Below are positions 50,737 to 60,777 of a stretch of DNA of 64,000 bases, piece by piece (the stretch's first letter is position 1; every line of letters starts with the position of its first letter). Made by a program: the position numbers and the translations under genes. The DNA is from an uncultured Bacteroidaceae bacterium. Lineage in GTDB: Bacteria; Bacteroidota; Bacteroidia; Bacteroidales; Bacteroidaceae. The DNA lies in assembly GCA_964452915.1 (NCBI GenBank), contig CAYVNW010000008.1, positions 4,425 to 68,424 on the forward strand, given 5' to 3'. Below the pieces are notes generated by a model, which saw only the letters and a list, made by a program, of their open reading frames with translations, made no database searches and was not told the origin of the DNA.

Positions 50737-51642
50737 CTAATCAAGATTTTCTTGACCAGTCTCTTTCACTTCATCGATAACCTTCAGCAGGTACTGTCCG
50801 TACTGGTTCTTAAGCATAGGCCTTGCCAGTTCACGCATACGCTGCTCACTGATCCATCCTTTACGATAGGCAATGCCTTCCAAGCATGCCACTTTCAGTC
50901 CCTGTCGTTTTTCGAGGACTTCGATATAAGTCGATGCTTCTGCAAGCGAATCGTGCGTACCGGTATCGAGCCATGCGAAACCCCGTCCAAACGTAGCGAC
51001 CTTCAGTTCTCCATCTTCCAGAAACTTCTGGTTTACTGAAGTTATTTCATACTCACCACGAGCAGAAGGTTTCACATTTCTTGCAACCTCAACCACCTTG
51101 TTAGGATAGAAATAAAGTCCAACAACAGCATAGTTACTTTTAGGGTGTTCCGGTTTCTCCTCGATTGACAGACAATTGCCCTGCTTATCGAATTCTGCCA
51201 CACCATAACGTTCAGGATCACTTACCCAGTAACCAAATACTGTAGCCTTCTTATCTTTCTCTGCTGCATCCACGGCCTCCTTTAGAAGTTTAGTCAGTCC
51301 CGGTCCCTGGAAAATATTGTCACCGAGTACAAGACACACGCTGTCATTACCAATGAAATCGGCACCTATAGTAAACGCCTGCGCCAATCCGTCGGGAGAT
51401 GGCTGTTCAGCATAAGTAAAATGTACGCCATAATCACTGCCATCGCCCAACAGCCGTTTAAAGTCAGGCAAATCGAACGGTGTTGAAATAATCAATATAT
51501 CACGTATGCCCGCTAACATAAGTACGCTAATAGGATAATAAACCATCGGCTTATCATATATTGGCATGAGTTGCTTACTGATTGCCTTAGTAATTGGATA
51601 GAGCCTGGTGCCACTGCCACCGGCAAGAACGATTCCTTTCAT
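50737..51642 (-). CDS. rfbA: glucose-1-phosphate thymidylyltransferase
   Basis: [44 protein letters not shown]. Confidence 0.96.
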   Translation of the reverse strand: MKGIVLAGGSGTRLYPITKAISKQLMPIYDKPMVYYPISVLMLAGIRDILIISTPFDLPDFKRLLGDGSDYGVHFTYAEQPSPDGLAQAFTIGADFIGNDSVCLVLGDNIFQGPGLTKLLKEAVDAAEKDKKATVFGYWVSDPERYGVAEFDKQGNCLSIEEKPEHPKSNYAVVGLYFYPNKVVEVARNVKPSARGEYEITSVNQKFLEDGELKVATFGRGFAWLDTGTHDSLAEASTYIEVLEKRQGLKVACLEGIAYRKGWISEQRMRELARPMLKNQYGQYLLKVIDEVKETGQENLD

Positions 51643-51685
51643 TATATATTTATTTTATTGTTATCACACGCATTGCATATTTTTG

Positions 51686-51693
51686 CAAAGATA
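51686..51693 (-). promoter_or_regulatory. -7 promoter box TAnnTTTG (TATCTTTG)
   Basis: Exact match 43 nt upstream of the rfbA ATG 51642. Confidence 0.6.
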
Positions 51694-52043
51694 CTCCTTA
51701 TTTATTTATCAGCAAAACAAATTTGATAAAAACTGACTGACAAGTCACAACAAAAGGAGCGAAAAAAGCATAAACTCTCATCTTGCGACAATACGGCCAC
51801 AACTCCACACAAGATCAACTCCCCTTTTCAAGAAAACATATTACATGTCATACTATATCATGACGAAAATCAATATTCGAACGCATTTATGGCAAGTGAC
51901 AACAATGTCTTAAACATAAGGAAAAGTCCTTTGAGCACATAAAAAAGCATTATTTTTATATCATTTTTCCACGAAGAGTGTTCAATAACAGATTTTGGAC
52001 TAAAAAAACTCTCCTAAACTCTTGCAGATATAAAAAAAGTCCC

Positions 52044-52051
52044 TACCTTTG
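52044..52051 (+). promoter_or_regulatory. orphan -7 promoter box TAnnTTTG (TACCTTTG)
   Basis: Exact match with no CDS downstream. An intrinsic terminator follows 45 nt later. Confidence 0.5.
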
Positions 52052-52057
52052 CAACGT

Positions 52058-52128
52058 GTTTTTCATGGTATTAGATTTATTTTAAGGTTAGTATGAGATT
52101 GCTTATCGTGAGATAGGCAATCTTTTTT
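52058..52128 (+). ncRNA. candidate ~70-nt small RNA (promoter-to-terminator unit)
   Basis: Bounded by the -7 box at 52044-52051 and the hairpin plus T-run at 52096-52128. The 5' end is estimated, not observed. Confidence 0.4.
52096..52128 (+). terminator. intrinsic terminator
   Basis: AGATTGCTTATC-GTGA-GATAGGCAATCT, 12 bp with one G.U, followed by TTTTTT. Confidence 0.75.
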
Positions 52129-52442
52129 GTTATAATGCAGACATTCACCATGACACTCTCCCGTAATTAGTGTACACATAATAAGAGTCTGTATCAGACA
52201 GTAACACTACACGGTTTTTGGACGTGGTGGTCTATCAATATCCTGTTCCAAAATGAGACGTATGACGAGACAGGATACCTCCAAGTCACAACTTAGTGCA
52301 CTGCCATGAAACAGTGCATTGGAGATCCGTTCGCTTCGCTCGAGATTACGGAAATAACAAGTTGCACTCTATATTCATCGTATAGGCTGTACTTCAACAG
52401 TAAAAATCAACAAGTTTATTTTGTATTGTCCTCGGTTTGCAC

Positions 52443-52450
52443 TATATTTG
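52443..52450 (+). promoter_or_regulatory. -7 promoter box TAnnTTTG (TATATTTG)
   Basis: Exact match 20 nt upstream of the pyrF ATG 52471. Confidence 0.6.
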
Positions 52451-52470
52451 CAAAAGAAAATAATATAAAG

Positions 52471-53292
52471 ATGAACAGACAAGAGTTAATAAGTCAGATC
52501 AAGCAAAAACGCACATTCTTGTGTGTTGGACTTGACACCGACATCACCAAGATTCCGCAGCATCTTCATAATGCGGAAGATCCTGTATTTGAATTCAACA
52601 AAGCAATAATAGATGCCACTGCACCCTATTGCGTAGCATATAAACCTAACATCGCTTTTTATGAGTGTGGAGGCATACACGGATGGACAAGCCTGAAAAA
52701 AACAGTGCAGTACTTAAAGTCATACTATCCAAATCACTTTGTCATAGCGGACGCCAAGCGTGGAGACATCGGTAACACTTCTAAAATGTACGCAAGATGT
52801 TTCTTTGAGGAAATGAATGCAGATGCTCTGACAGTGGCACCGTATATGGGTGAAGACAGTGTGACACCTTTCCTTGAATACGAGGGCAAGTGGGTAATTC
52901 TGCTTGCACTGACAAGCAACAAAGGCAGTCACGACTTTCAGTTTACCGAACTTCAAGAAGGCGGTCGACTTTTTGAAAAAGTAATAAAGACAAGTCAAAC
53001 ATGGGCAGACACAGACAAAATGATGTATGTTGTAGGTGCTACACAAGGCAAAATGTTCGAGGACATACGCAAGATTGTCCCTAATCATTTTTTGCTTGTT
53101 CCCGGCATAGGAGCTCAGGGAGGCAGTCTGGAAGAAGTGTGCAAATATGGAATGACAAAAGACTGCGGTCTCATAGTTAACTCCTCACGCGCCATTATAT
53201 ATGCCGACTCAACTATACATTTCGCACAGGTGGCAGGCGAGCGCGCGAAGGAAGTCAGCGAACAAATGGCATGCTTCCTTAAAAACATTTGA
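52471..53292 (+). CDS. pyrF: orotidine-5'-phosphate decarboxylase (type 2)
   Basis: [38 protein letters not shown]. Start set at MNRQEL, downstream of the promoter box. Confidence 0.92.
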   Translation: MNRQELISQIKQKRTFLCVGLDTDITKIPQHLHNAEDPVFEFNKAIIDATAPYCVAYKPNIAFYECGGIHGWTSLKKTVQYLKSYYPNHFVIADAKRGDIGNTSKMYARCFFEEMNADALTVAPYMGEDSVTPFLEYEGKWVILLALTSNKGSHDFQFTELQEGGRLFEKVIKTSQTWADTDKMMYVVGATQGKMFEDIRKIVPNHFLLVPGIGAQGGSLEEVCKYGMTKDCGLIVNSSRAIIYADSTIHFAQVAGERAKEVSEQMACFLKNI

Positions 53293-53305
53293 TCTTACCA
53301 ACAAG

Positions 53306-56113
53306 ATGGATGACTGTATAAGAATAAAAGGAGCAAGGGTAAATAACCTAAAGAATATCGACGTAGAGATACCCAGAAACAAACTTGTGGTGATTACGGG
53401 TGTGAGCGGATCAGGCAAGTCATCGCTCGCATTCGACACACTTTACGCAGAGGGGCAGCGCCGCTACGTGGAGAGCCTTAGCACATACGCCCGCCAATTC
53501 ATGGGCAGAATGAACAAACCGGAATGCGACTTCATTGAAGGCATACCACCGGCAATTGCCATAGAACAAAAAGTTATCAGTCGTAACCCACGAAGCACTG
53601 TCGGCACATCAACAGAAATATATGACTACCTGAGGATGCTCTATGCACGCGCCGGACACACATTCTCTCCTATAAGCGGGCAAGAAGTAAAGAAACACAC
53701 GCCAGAGGATGTAGTGAATTGCATGAAGTCCTACAAAGAAGGAACTAGATTTATGGTGCTATGCCCACTTATCTGCAGAAATGGCCGTACAGAATCAGAA
53801 CAACTCGAAGCATACCGGAAACAAGGACTGTCGTTGACCGACGTAATTGACGGGAAGACATACATTATTATAGCCCGAATGACAGTGCACAACGACAAGA
53901 ACAACATAAGCCACCTGATCGACTCATGCGAGACTGCTATATACGAAGGTGAGGGACAATGCGTGTTGAAGTTTATCAAAAGCGCACAAGACAATAATAG
54001 TATAACAAACATTACAAATTATACTATCCACACATTCTCACTAGCGTTTGAAGCAGACGGAATGAAGTTTACCGAACCAACAGAGCACCTCTTTTCCTTC
54101 AACTCACCCGTTGGTGCATGTCCAGAATGTGAGGGATTTGGGAAAATCATAGGTATAGATGAACAGCTGGTCGTACCGAATCAGGAATTGAGCGTGTACA
54201 ACGATGCCATATTCTGTTGGCGCGGAGAAAAGATGAGTGCATGGAAAAAAGAATTCTGCCGACAAGCCCCGACGCACGACTTTCCGATTTTCGAACCATA
54301 CTATAAACTCACACAAGAACAGAAAGACTACCTGTGGCATGGTGACGTAGACAATCAAGGACATCGTATAGACAAACGTCAAGTATGCATAGATTCATTC
54401 TTCGACATGCTTAGGGAGAACCAATATAAAATTCAGTACCGCGTAATGCTGGCACGCTATCGTGGAAAGACGACATGCCCGTTATGTCATGGAACAAGAC
54501 TGCGAAAAGAGGCAAATTACGTAAAAATAGGAGGGAAAAGCATTATAGAACTTGTAGAGATGCCTATCAGCGATCTTTACGACTTTTTTCAGCATTTGGA
54601 ACTATCCGAACATGATGCGACAATAGCCAAGCGACTGCTTATTGAGATAAACAGCCGTTTGCAATTCTTACTGGATGTCGGGCTCTCCTATCTTACACTA
54701 AACAGACTCAGTAACACACTGTCGGGTGGAGAAAGCCAGCGCATCAATCTTGCCACAAGTCTTGGCAGCAGCCTGGTGGGCAGTTTGTATATCCTCGATG
54801 AGCCAAGTATTGGATTGCATAGCAGAGATACACAACGCCTAATAAAAGTACTGAAAGAACTGCGCGACTTAGGCAATACTGTTGTGGTGGTGGAGCACGA
54901 CGAAGAAATAATACGCGCTGCCGACTACATAATTGACATTGGTCCAGACGCCGGACGGTTGGGAGGAGAAGTGGTATGGCAAGGAAGCCCTGACATAAAT
55001 GAAAAGCTGAAAGCGGAGAATATGGGAAAAAGCTTGGGCAGTCACACACTCGACTTCCTCACACATAAAGAAATAATACAAGTTCCACAAAGTCGCAGAC
55101 CATGGAACAACTCTATCATTATACGCTGTGCAAGAGAGAATAACCTCAAGGGCATAGACGTAAAGATTCCACTAAATGTAATGGCAGTTGTCACAGGAGT
55201 AAGCGGAAGCGGTAAGTCTACGTTAGTGAATGATATATTCTACCGTGCCATGATGCGGCACCTCGACAGAGTATGTGACCGTCCGGGACAATTCCTCGGG
55301 CTTGAAGGCGACACAGACAAAATTGAAGCCGTGGAGTTTGTTGACCAGAATCCTATTGGCACCTCTACACGCAGCAACCCCGTCACCTATATCGGCGCAT
55401 ATGATGACATACGGCGCTTGATGGCATCACAACAACTCGCAAAGCAAATGGGATATACGCCACAATACTTCTCGTTCAATGCTGAAGGCGGCAGATGCGA
55501 GGAATGCAAAGGAGAAGGCACCGTAACCGTGGAAATGCAATTCATGAATGACTTAGTGCTCGAATGTGAATCGTGCCATGGTAAGAGATTCAAAAGCGAC
55601 ATACTTGAAGTAAAGTTCCATGGTAAAGACATACATGACATACTCGAGCTCACCGTTAACATGGCAATAGAGTTTTTCAGCAAATACAAACAACCACAAA
55701 TAGCGAAGAAACTCAAACCATTGCAAGATGTGGGACTTGGATACATAAAACTCGGGCAGACCTCATCAACTCTTTCAGGTGGTGAGAATCAACGAGTGAA
55801 ATTAGCATACTATCTTTCACAAGAAAAGACACGGCCAACGATGTTCATATTCGATGAGCCGACAACAGGATTACACTTTCACGACATCAAAAAGCTGCTT
55901 GACGCCTTCAACTCACTGATAAGCAGAGGGCACTCGGTATTAATCATCGAACACAACATGGAAATAATCAAGAGTGCCGACTACGTCATAGACCTTGGAC
56001 CGGAGGGGGGAGCAGAAGGAGGTTACTTAGTGTGCGCCGGAACACCCGAGGACATAGCGAACTGCAAGGAAAGTTATACTGGACAAACATTGAAATCATA
56101 TTTAAAACAATAA
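53306..56113 (+). CDS. uvrA: excinuclease ABC subunit A
   Basis: IRIKGARVNNLKNIDVEIPRNKLVVITGVSGSGKSSL, zinc fingers (CPECEGFG, CPLCHGTR, CEECKGEG), LSGGESQR and LSGGENQR. Confidence 0.96.
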   Translation: MDDCIRIKGARVNNLKNIDVEIPRNKLVVITGVSGSGKSSLAFDTLYAEGQRRYVESLSTYARQFMGRMNKPECDFIEGIPPAIAIEQKVISRNPRSTVGTSTEIYDYLRMLYARAGHTFSPISGQEVKKHTPEDVVNCMKSYKEGTRFMVLCPLICRNGRTESEQLEAYRKQGLSLTDVIDGKTYIIIARMTVHNDKNNISHLIDSCETAIYEGEGQCVLKFIKSAQDNNSITNITNYTIHTFSLAFEADGMKFTEPTEHLFSFNSPVGACPECEGFGKIIGIDEQLVVPNQELSVYNDAIFCWRGEKMSAWKKEFCRQAPTHDFPIFEPYYKLTQEQKDYLWHGDVDNQGHRIDKRQVCIDSFFDMLRENQYKIQYRVMLARYRGKTTCPLCHGTRLRKEANYVKIGGKSIIELVEMPISDLYDFFQHLELSEHDATIAKRLLIEINSRLQFLLDVGLSYLTLNRLSNTLSGGESQRINLATSLGSSLVGSLYILDEPSIGLHSRDTQRLIKVLKELRDLGNTVVVVEHDEEIIRAADYIIDIGPDAGRLGGEVVWQGSPDINEKLKAENMGKSLGSHTLDFLTHKEIIQVPQSRRPWNNSIIIRCARENNLKGIDVKIPLNVMAVVTGVSGSGKSTLVNDIFYRAMMRHLDRVCDRPGQFLGLEGDTDKIEAVEFVDQNPIGTSTRSNPVTYIGAYDDIRRLMASQQLAKQMGYTPQYFSFNAEGGRCEECKGEGTVTVEMQFMNDLVLECESCHGKRFKSDILEVKFHGKDIHDILELTVNMAIEFFSKYKQPQIAKKLKPLQDVGLGYIKLGQTSSTLSGGENQRVKLAYYLSQEKTRPTMFIFDEPTTGLHFHDIKKLLDAFNSLISRGHSVLIIEHNMEIIKSADYVIDLGPEGGAEGGYLVCAGTPEDIANCKESYTGQTLKSYLKQ

Positions 56114-56115
56114 CA

Positions 56116-57450
56116 ATGAAGAAATTATTATTTGCAGTATTTGCCTGTGCACTGACAATAAGCACACAGGCACAGAAATTCGAAGACTACTTCGAAGACA
56201 ACACACTCCGTATCGACTATATAATGGGCGGCGACAGCGTCAACCAATATATACAGATGGAACAACTCTACAAACAACCAAAATGGGCAGGCCGCAGAAA
56301 CCGTCTGGCTGAAACATACCTGCAGGGCAACGGACAAATCAACGTATTCGACAGCGAAACAGGTAAATTGATATACGTTCATACCTTCTCGACCTTGTTC
56401 CAGGAATGGCAAAACCAAATTGAAGCGACCAAAATGACACGTGGGTTCGAGGCGAGCTACAACATTCCGTTTCCAAAGAAGCCAATTGACGTACAAGTCA
56501 CACTGACCAACAACCACAACGTGGTCACATCGAAAATGATCCACCATGTAGATCCGAATGACATACTCATACGTCCGATAGGAGAAAATGGCATACCTTA
56601 TAAATATATAGTAAAGAGCGGCGACATCAGTGATTGCGTGGACCTTGCGATAGTGGCAGAAGGCTATACCAAAGATCAAATGGACAAGTTTTATAAAGAT
56701 TGCGGGCGAGTAGCAGATGCCTTGTTCAGCCACGAGCCGTTCAAATCACTGAAAAGCCGCTTCAACGTAGTAGCCGTAGCAAGTGAGTCACAAGAAAGCG
56801 GTCCGTCAGAACCAGGCAAAGGAATATGGCATAACACAGTATTGAGATCACACTACGATACATTCTACAGCGACCGCTATCTCACAACATCAAACGTACA
56901 CAAACTATACGACATACTCAGTTGTGTGCCGTTCGAACACATCATTGTATTGATTAACACCCCACGTTATGGTGGCGGCGGTATCTACAACCAATGGATG
57001 TGCAGTTCGAGCGACCACCCTACGTTTAAGCAAGTACTTGTTCACGAATTCGGACACTCATACGCAGGACTTGCCGACGAATATGCCTACAGCGACAGCT
57101 ACGTAGAATGGTATCCGGCTGATACAGAGCCATGGGAACCAAACATAACGACTCTACATGACTTCAGTAAAAAATGGAAAGACATGATACCTGCTGGTAC
57201 TCCTATACCAACTACAACTAACACAGACGAACAGATATCGCGTCCGGTGAATACTGAAAGAGGTGGTAAAAAAGAAGACTTGAACGCAAAGACTAAGAAA
57301 GTTGGTGTTTACGAAGGTGCTGGCTACCAAATGAAAGGAGCATACCGCCCTGCAGAACTATGCAGGATGAACGTGAACGAAGTAGAAGACTTCTGTCCGG
57401 TATGCACCAGAGCCATAATTGGCATTACCGATTTCTACACCGCAAAATAA
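56116..57450 (+). CDS. M64-family (IgA-peptidase-like) metallopeptidase
   Basis: Signal peptide MKKLLFAVFACALTISTQAQ; HEFGHSYAGLADEY zinc motif; RYGGGGIYN block. ATG lies 2 nt after the uvrA stop. Confidence 0.85.
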   Translation: MKKLLFAVFACALTISTQAQKFEDYFEDNTLRIDYIMGGDSVNQYIQMEQLYKQPKWAGRRNRLAETYLQGNGQINVFDSETGKLIYVHTFSTLFQEWQNQIEATKMTRGFEASYNIPFPKKPIDVQVTLTNNHNVVTSKMIHHVDPNDILIRPIGENGIPYKYIVKSGDISDCVDLAIVAEGYTKDQMDKFYKDCGRVADALFSHEPFKSLKSRFNVVAVASESQESGPSEPGKGIWHNTVLRSHYDTFYSDRYLTTSNVHKLYDILSCVPFEHIIVLINTPRYGGGGIYNQWMCSSSDHPTFKQVLVHEFGHSYAGLADEYAYSDSYVEWYPADTEPWEPNITTLHDFSKKWKDMIPAGTPIPTTTNTDEQISRPVNTERGGKKEDLNAKTKKVGVYEGAGYQMKGAYRPAELCRMNVNEVEDFCPVCTRAIIGITDFYTAK

Positions 57451-57636
57451 GGTAAGATTACGCATCAAGCGGTAAGTCTACTGGTCTCATGAGTGATGGA
57501 CAATCCACTGTACTATGATGCAGTGCTACAAAGATCCACTCACGATGTTCAGAATGACGGCGCACGGGGAATTGTACACATATGGAAGACAATAAATGTC
57601 AATCACATGTTCTACGTCGTCATTCTGAGGCTTTAG

Positions 57637-58402
57637 CATAGAGAAAAGCCTTTCGTCTCAGCAACACTAATGGTAGCTGTTCCGGACGAATCGCACATTC
57701 AGTCTGCCTACGGACACGCATTTTTACGTATGGAATGTCCAAGCGAGCAATTAGATTACTGTTTCAGCTTGGAGACAAGCGGATGGGAAAAGCCACTTAA
57801 CATCCTTACCGGTAACTACACCGTCAGAGTACGGGCAGTGGAGACTTCTACATACCTTAACCAATTCAATAACAGCAGTAGCAAGCGTGAAGTTCGTTCC
57901 TATCCACTGAACCTCACAACACAAGAAATACAACATCTGTGGAAAGATCTTGACGACACAATGATGCTTGGCATACTACCCTATCATGATTTCGTGACAA
58001 ACGGATGCAGTCAGCAACTCATGAATATTATCATACGTAACATAAATGGCAGAATGGTATTTGACACGAAAGCCATTGAAGACTACGAAACCACTGTGCT
58101 TGCGATGGCACTATGCAACCCACACACAAGCTCATACATACCTAAACCTGCTGTTGCCATATATAGGCAACCACAAAGCAGATTTTGAGAAGTTGGTGCC
58201 ACAAGACAGACTTTTCATTCCGTCATGCCTCGCACAGATACTTGAACATGCAACAATTGTAGACAATCACGGTTTGTCGCGCAGTTTTTTCAAAGAAAGC
58301 ACACACTGTGAGCCAATAAAAATCAGCAGCCACTACCCTTGGTCTTACTGGGTAGTCATTGCAGCCATGGCTCTACGGCTCATCAGAGGCAGAAGAGTAT
58401 GA
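57637..58402 (+). pseudogene. disrupted DUF4105-like lipoprotein gene (in-frame TAG upstream, frameshift near 58150-58190)
   Basis: Frame 1 carries SAYGHAFLRM..YPLNLTTQEI..YHDFVTNGCSQ (DUF4105-like by recollection) but no signal peptide. The reading continues in frame 2 (LVPQDRLFIPSCL...) and ends in a TM plus basic tail. Confidence 0.5.
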
Positions 58403-58766
58403 AGCAATTCAAGACATCACAGTCAACACACCATGCATTCTTGACAGTACCAAAGATTCAGTAGCGATACAAAACCGCTACGAAGGAGCAGTAAGTGTAA
58501 ACACCTACTATTTCGTACCAAACTCATTAGCAGCCGTAAAGGCATGGTTTGAGAAAGGACAGTACAAGAACGAAATAGAGTTTGAGGTTCAGAACGAAGG
58601 AGACGTCAAGATTGAAATCACCAAAGCAGAAGCTATCAACGACTATACAGTGATCGGTGTATGGTCGCTTGTACAGATCGAGGAATACGCTCCAGCAGAA
58701 AAGAAACTCTCAAGTCTGCAAAAAGGCTTGAACATAGTTGACGGCAAGAAAGTTTATGTAAAGTGA
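58359..58766 (+). CDS. ORF fragment ending in a T9SS-like C-terminal tail (no ATG start, no signal peptide; possibly a gene remnant)
   Basis: Only a TTG start is available. The C-terminus LQKGLNIVDGKKVYVK resembles the tail of the next gene (KGIVIINGKKYLNK). A strong terminator follows. Confidence 0.35.
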   Translation: MQPWLYGSSEAEEYEAIQDITVNTPCILDSTKDSVAIQNRYEGAVSVNTYYFVPNSLAAVKAWFEKGQYKNEIEFEVQNEGDVKIEITKAEAINDYTVIGVWSLVQIEEYAPAEKKLSSLQKGLNIVDGKKVYVK

Positions 58767-58792
58767 CCTTAAACACATAAACACATATGTGT

Positions 58793-58824
58793 ATGCCTGT
58801 GGCTACCTGCCACAGGCATTTTTG
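58793..58824 (+). terminator. intrinsic terminator
   Basis: ATGCCTGTGG-CTACCTG-CCACAGGCAT perfect 10-bp stem, then TTTTTG. Confidence 0.85.
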
Positions 58825-58880
58825 TATTAAATTGCAACGATTACTCTTTTTTGAGTATTTATCATATAAATAAAACTTCG

Positions 58881-58888
58881 TACCTTTG
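58881..58888 (+). promoter_or_regulatory. -7 promoter box TAnnTTTG (TACCTTTG)
   Basis: Exact match 50 nt upstream of ATG 58939. Confidence 0.6.
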
Positions 58889-58938
58889 CACCGTTTTTAA
58901 AACAGACATAAGTATTATAATAAATAAGGTATAAAAGG

Positions 58939-59961
58939 ATGAAGAAAATTTTACTATCAATGCTGATGGTCGCATCAGCCACATCAATTATGGCACAAAA
59001 TCACGGTGCAATGCAGTTTGCCGGAAATGCCAATTTCTATGTATCAATCATGGGCAACCCTACAGGTAACACAGAAGTAGAGTCTGACACCGTTGTCTTT
59101 GCAATGAACAATGCATCAAGTGGTAAGATTACACTACCAAAGATGATCTACTCAGCAAGCATGACTATTCCATCATTCACTATCGACAGTGTAGGCTTCA
59201 GTTTCGACTACTCCACAATGACCACCACCTTCACCGACCAGACATTCTCAACTACAGCCGAGGTGGATGGTGAGGAAAAGCAAATCACCGGTTCGTCAAT
59301 TACCGGAACATTCCAGCATACCAACAACGTGTTGGACATCACCGTTACATTCACCTACGGAGTCATACCATTTCCACTCACATACCACATCACAGGCTAC
59401 TATGTTAAGTCGTACACAGACAACCTTGATGTTGTTGTAGGCGGTTCGTTCAACTATTTCGCGAACGACAAAGTAACCTACAAAGTACGTACCTACGTTG
59501 AGAACGACTCCACTAAGCTCGATGTAGAAGTACCTCAGTATGTTCTTGAAAACACAGTGATGGGCAACTTGACAATCGGCAGCTATACAGTACGCGGACT
59601 CGTATATGATGATACCAAAGGAGGCTACTACCGCGATTATGCCGCTAACGACACATTAACAATGTACTTCAGCAACGGAGCATCACTAAATGGTGACTAC
59701 AAATTCACAGAAGGCAACCTGCTCGTAACCCTTGACGGCCACAACGTGCAGAATATCGTGAACACATTCAAACCTGGTGCTATGCCGTTCCCTATCGTCA
59801 GCACATTCCCTGGAACATTCGCAACAAAGATAACCGAAGTTAAGGAAAGCGAACCTGCCGTCAAGAACAATGGTGCAGCATACAACCTTGCAGGACAGCG
59901 TGTTCCGGCCAACACAAAAGGCATCGTAATTATAAACGGAAAGAAATACCTTAACAAATAA
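58939..59961 (+). CDS. secreted beta-rich protein with internal duplication and T9SS-type C-terminal tail (possibly calycin-like domains)
   Basis: Signal peptide. Two repeats end in TFTYGVIPFPLTY and NTFKPGAMPFPIVS. C-terminal AAYNLAGQRVPANTKGIVIINGKKYLNK. Confidence 0.65.
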   Translation: MKKILLSMLMVASATSIMAQNHGAMQFAGNANFYVSIMGNPTGNTEVESDTVVFAMNNASSGKITLPKMIYSASMTIPSFTIDSVGFSFDYSTMTTTFTDQTFSTTAEVDGEEKQITGSSITGTFQHTNNVLDITVTFTYGVIPFPLTYHITGYYVKSYTDNLDVVVGGSFNYFANDKVTYKVRTYVENDSTKLDVEVPQYVLENTVMGNLTIGSYTVRGLVYDDTKGGYYRDYAANDTLTMYFSNGASLNGDYKFTEGNLLVTLDGHNVQNIVNTFKPGAMPFPIVSTFPGTFATKITEVKESEPAVKNNGAAYNLAGQRVPANTKGIVIINGKKYLNK

Positions 59962-59997
59962 ACAAGGCTGAAACATTAAGCCATAGAGCTATATACA

Positions 59998-60771
59998 ATG
60001 AAATTCAGAATTTCACTATGCATGCTGGGAGTAATCTTTTTACTCTCAGCATGTGAAGGTTTATTTGATGACATATACGACAGTCCGTCGGACGAGAAGA
60101 AGAAGCAGACTGTAGAAGGACAGTTGTATGTCGATGCATCGAGTTGGACAGTCTGGCATTATATTGATTTGCAAGCAGTGGCTGATAGTATATTCGCCGA
60201 CAGCACATACAACACATCGTCAGCATTTCAAACCTACGACATCCCTACCTCACTAAGCGGCACCAATGACGGACAGAGCGGAATATATACATATTGGTAC
60301 GACGTGTTCGGAGCAGGGATCAGCAACCGAGAATTCCGCAGCTACACGCCGGCCGACCCACAGCCAGAGCCGTCATCGTGGACATTTGCCGTACACCGAA
60401 ACAACGTGAGAGTAAACGGAGTGGGAGTATTTGAAACCACATACACAAACATCGACTCCATACCGTCCGACACATCGGTGTTCAGCGGTCTTACCTTTAC
60501 AGCCGACGAATGGAACGAAGAAGACGTATGGACAGTCAATTCACAAATGCTGTCGGGACTGATAGGCAACCAAGGCATCAAGGTAAGCAATGTGCTTTCA
60601 TCATGGCTCAAAGTCGAGATACCACCTATGCCGCCATCATTCGTGCTGAACAACCACGTGTTCATCATCAAGTTGCACGATGGCACATACGCGGCAATCC
60701 AGCTCACCGACTATCAAAGTGCGGCAGGAGTGAAATGCTGTCTCACCATTAATTATAAATATCCTATATAA
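59998..60771 (+). CDS. HmuY-like lipoprotein
   Basis: Lipobox LLSAC, then WTVWHYIDL and WTFAVHRNNVRVNG (WD-AFHR-like block), ending in INYKYPI. Confidence 0.75.
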   Translation: MKFRISLCMLGVIFLLSACEGLFDDIYDSPSDEKKKQTVEGQLYVDASSWTVWHYIDLQAVADSIFADSTYNTSSAFQTYDIPTSLSGTNDGQSGIYTYWYDVFGAGISNREFRSYTPADPQPEPSSWTFAVHRNNVRVNGVGVFETTYTNIDSIPSDTSVFSGLTFTADEWNEEDVWTVNSQMLSGLIGNQGIKVSNVLSSWLKVEIPPMPPSFVLNNHVFIIKLHDGTYAAIQLTDYQSAAGVKCCLTINYKYPI

Positions 60772-60777
60772 GTCATT

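Noticed and set aside
52065-52085. Six-codon mini-ORF (MVLDLF) inside the sRNA candidate, considered as a pyr leader peptide
   Set aside because: No pyrimidine- or amino-acid-sensing logic is evident, pyrF has its own promoter 340 nt further on, and a 6-codon ORF is expected by chance.
52306-52470. N-terminal extensions proposed by the ORF track (also 1797-1895, 2023-2076, 3817-3903, 5744-5791, 46981-47007, 53201-53305, 56032-56115, 62691-62786)
   Set aside because: The extensions run through TAnnTTTG promoter boxes or the preceding gene, often start at TTG, and add sequence absent from the conserved N-termini. Internal ATGs were chosen instead.
57496-57636. 46-codon ORF (MDNPLYYDAV...VVILRL) between the M64 peptidase gene and the DUF4105-like remnant
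   Set aside because: It has no promoter box and no recognisable features. It is in frame with the downstream pseudogene and separated from it only by a TAG, so it is more likely decayed 5' sequence than a gene.
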